From: Heptranchias perlo
Lineage: Eukaryota
Length of the DNA: 64,000 bases
Reading direction: 5' to 3'
Assembly (NCBI RefSeq): GCF_035084215.1
Contig: NC_090339.1
Span: 44,020,001 to 44,084,000, forward strand
A program made the translations under genes and the position numbers. Below the pieces are notes generated by a model. It worked only from the letters and a program-made list of their open reading frames with translations. It did no database searches and was not told the origin of the DNA. Positions 62,759 through 64,000 of the stretch are shown here, piece by piece (the first letter of the stretch is position 1; each line of letters opens with the position of its first letter).

Positions 62759-64000
62759 GGGGTGTTAAATTGGATAAGGCCTGATACTGGGCGTGGTGGT
62801 CATGGTGCGCAGTTAACCTGCACCCGGTATGAGTGATGCAGGCAGCCCACGAGATTCATGCAGCTTCCTCATTACCATGATTTGTATGTGCAGCCAGCGC
62901 TATCTGCACCGTTGAGTGGCTGCATGCACCAGCAGGAGGCCCGATATGGGGCGTGGCCAGCATTAAGTAAAGGTAATCTGCATCTCTTTAAGCGGAGGTA
63001 CACTGTCAATGGAAGCAGTGCAGGGTGACAGGCAGAATGGCTAGAGCGGCAAGAGAGCGGCCCTGACATTCTCCGACAGCACACTGGAGGCCTTAGTGCA
63101 GAGAGTGCAGGAACGGAGAGCCATCCTGTACCCGTAGGGTGGCAGGAGACCCTCCAGACACCAGCTACGGAGGCAGTGGGAGGAAATGGCCATGGAGGTG
63201 AATGGCAGGAGCATAGCACCATGCATGTGGATACAGTGCTGGAAAAAGTTCAATGACATGCCAAGAGTGGTCAAGGTGAGTGAATGCAAGTGTCAAGTGG
63301 TACATCCTACCAACCACAGCACTGCACCATGCACGATACCCCCCCCACCCTTACCCATCCACTAACAAACGCTGCCCATCTGTATGCAATGCTGCACTTT
63401 GGATGCTGCATCTCACCCTCACGTTGTAGCACACTTGCAATCCACATACCCACCACTCACAGGTCACACACATTGGCAGCTATTATTCCATGAGAGGCAC
63501 ATCACCCAAACACATTGCAGGACACTCATTGACACACTTCCCTCTGTCTTGCAGGAGAAGGTGGCACATAACAGCCAGCAGACCAAAAGACCCGAGGGAG
63601 GACAGGCACACCTACATATCCTCACCCCCCTGGAGGAGACTGTGCTGCGCATCATTGGGTGGAGCATCACTGCGGCCATGGCCACTGGCAGCGCTGGAGG
63701 TCCCAACAAAGGTGGTCTCTGCATACCTAATCCATCTTCTCGTTTCCCACATCTCCCTCATCCCACAATCTTTGCTGACGCACGTACTGCCGATGGTGTC
63801 AGCACGCACGCCTTACTTGCTCCAATACCCGCTTCACAACTCAACCCATCTCCCTTTGTCAATGCAGGTACCCAAGAACTGGGACCAGCACTGTCCGAGG
63901 TGGAGGAGGAGGAGGACACTGATAACAAAGCCGCACTGTCACTCGATCTGACACTTGCATCCACCAGCTCAGACACTGACACTACGTGTAGTGTAGAGGT
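62759..64000 (+). mobile_element. Second Harbinger family element with spliced Myb/SANT pseudogene (runs off the window)
   Basis: Exon 1 at 63037-63275 (FSDSTLEALVQRVQERRAILYP*GGRRP...QWEEMAMEVN...WIQCWKKFND, GTGAGT donor). Exon 2 from 63555 (EKVAHN...GG...LTPLEE). Acidic exon 3 from 63869. Confidence 0.8.

Overview
This is eukaryotic, gene-poor DNA rich in transposable elements. It is almost certainly from a cartilaginous fish (shark-like), inferred from its repeat families: CR1/HER1-type LINEs, SacSINE1-like DeuSINEs, LF-SINE-like elements and Penelope retroelements. I recognise no host protein-coding gene, only a few weak candidate exons. Most listed ORFs are transposon-derived or antisense noise. 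Main contents: (i) a PIF/Harbinger system of three related transposase-deleted elements carrying a spliced Myb/SANT-like gene, one more distant Myb-carrying element, a decayed transposase remnant and many 0.6-1 kb MITEs, with GGG-initiated TIRs and 3-bp TSDs; (ii) a young Penelope element with an open RT + GIY-YIG ORF, a 380-bp inverted pLTR and minimal hammerhead ribozymes, plus a 264-bp palindromic Penelope derivative with a hammerhead on each strand; (iii) a CR1/L2-group LINE whose 5' end is a tRNA-derived Pol III SINE-like head leading straight into the endonuclease-RT ORF; (iv) many nested insertions whose order can be read from the sequence. Family names come from recalled consensus features, not database searches. 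Boundaries of old elements are approximate.
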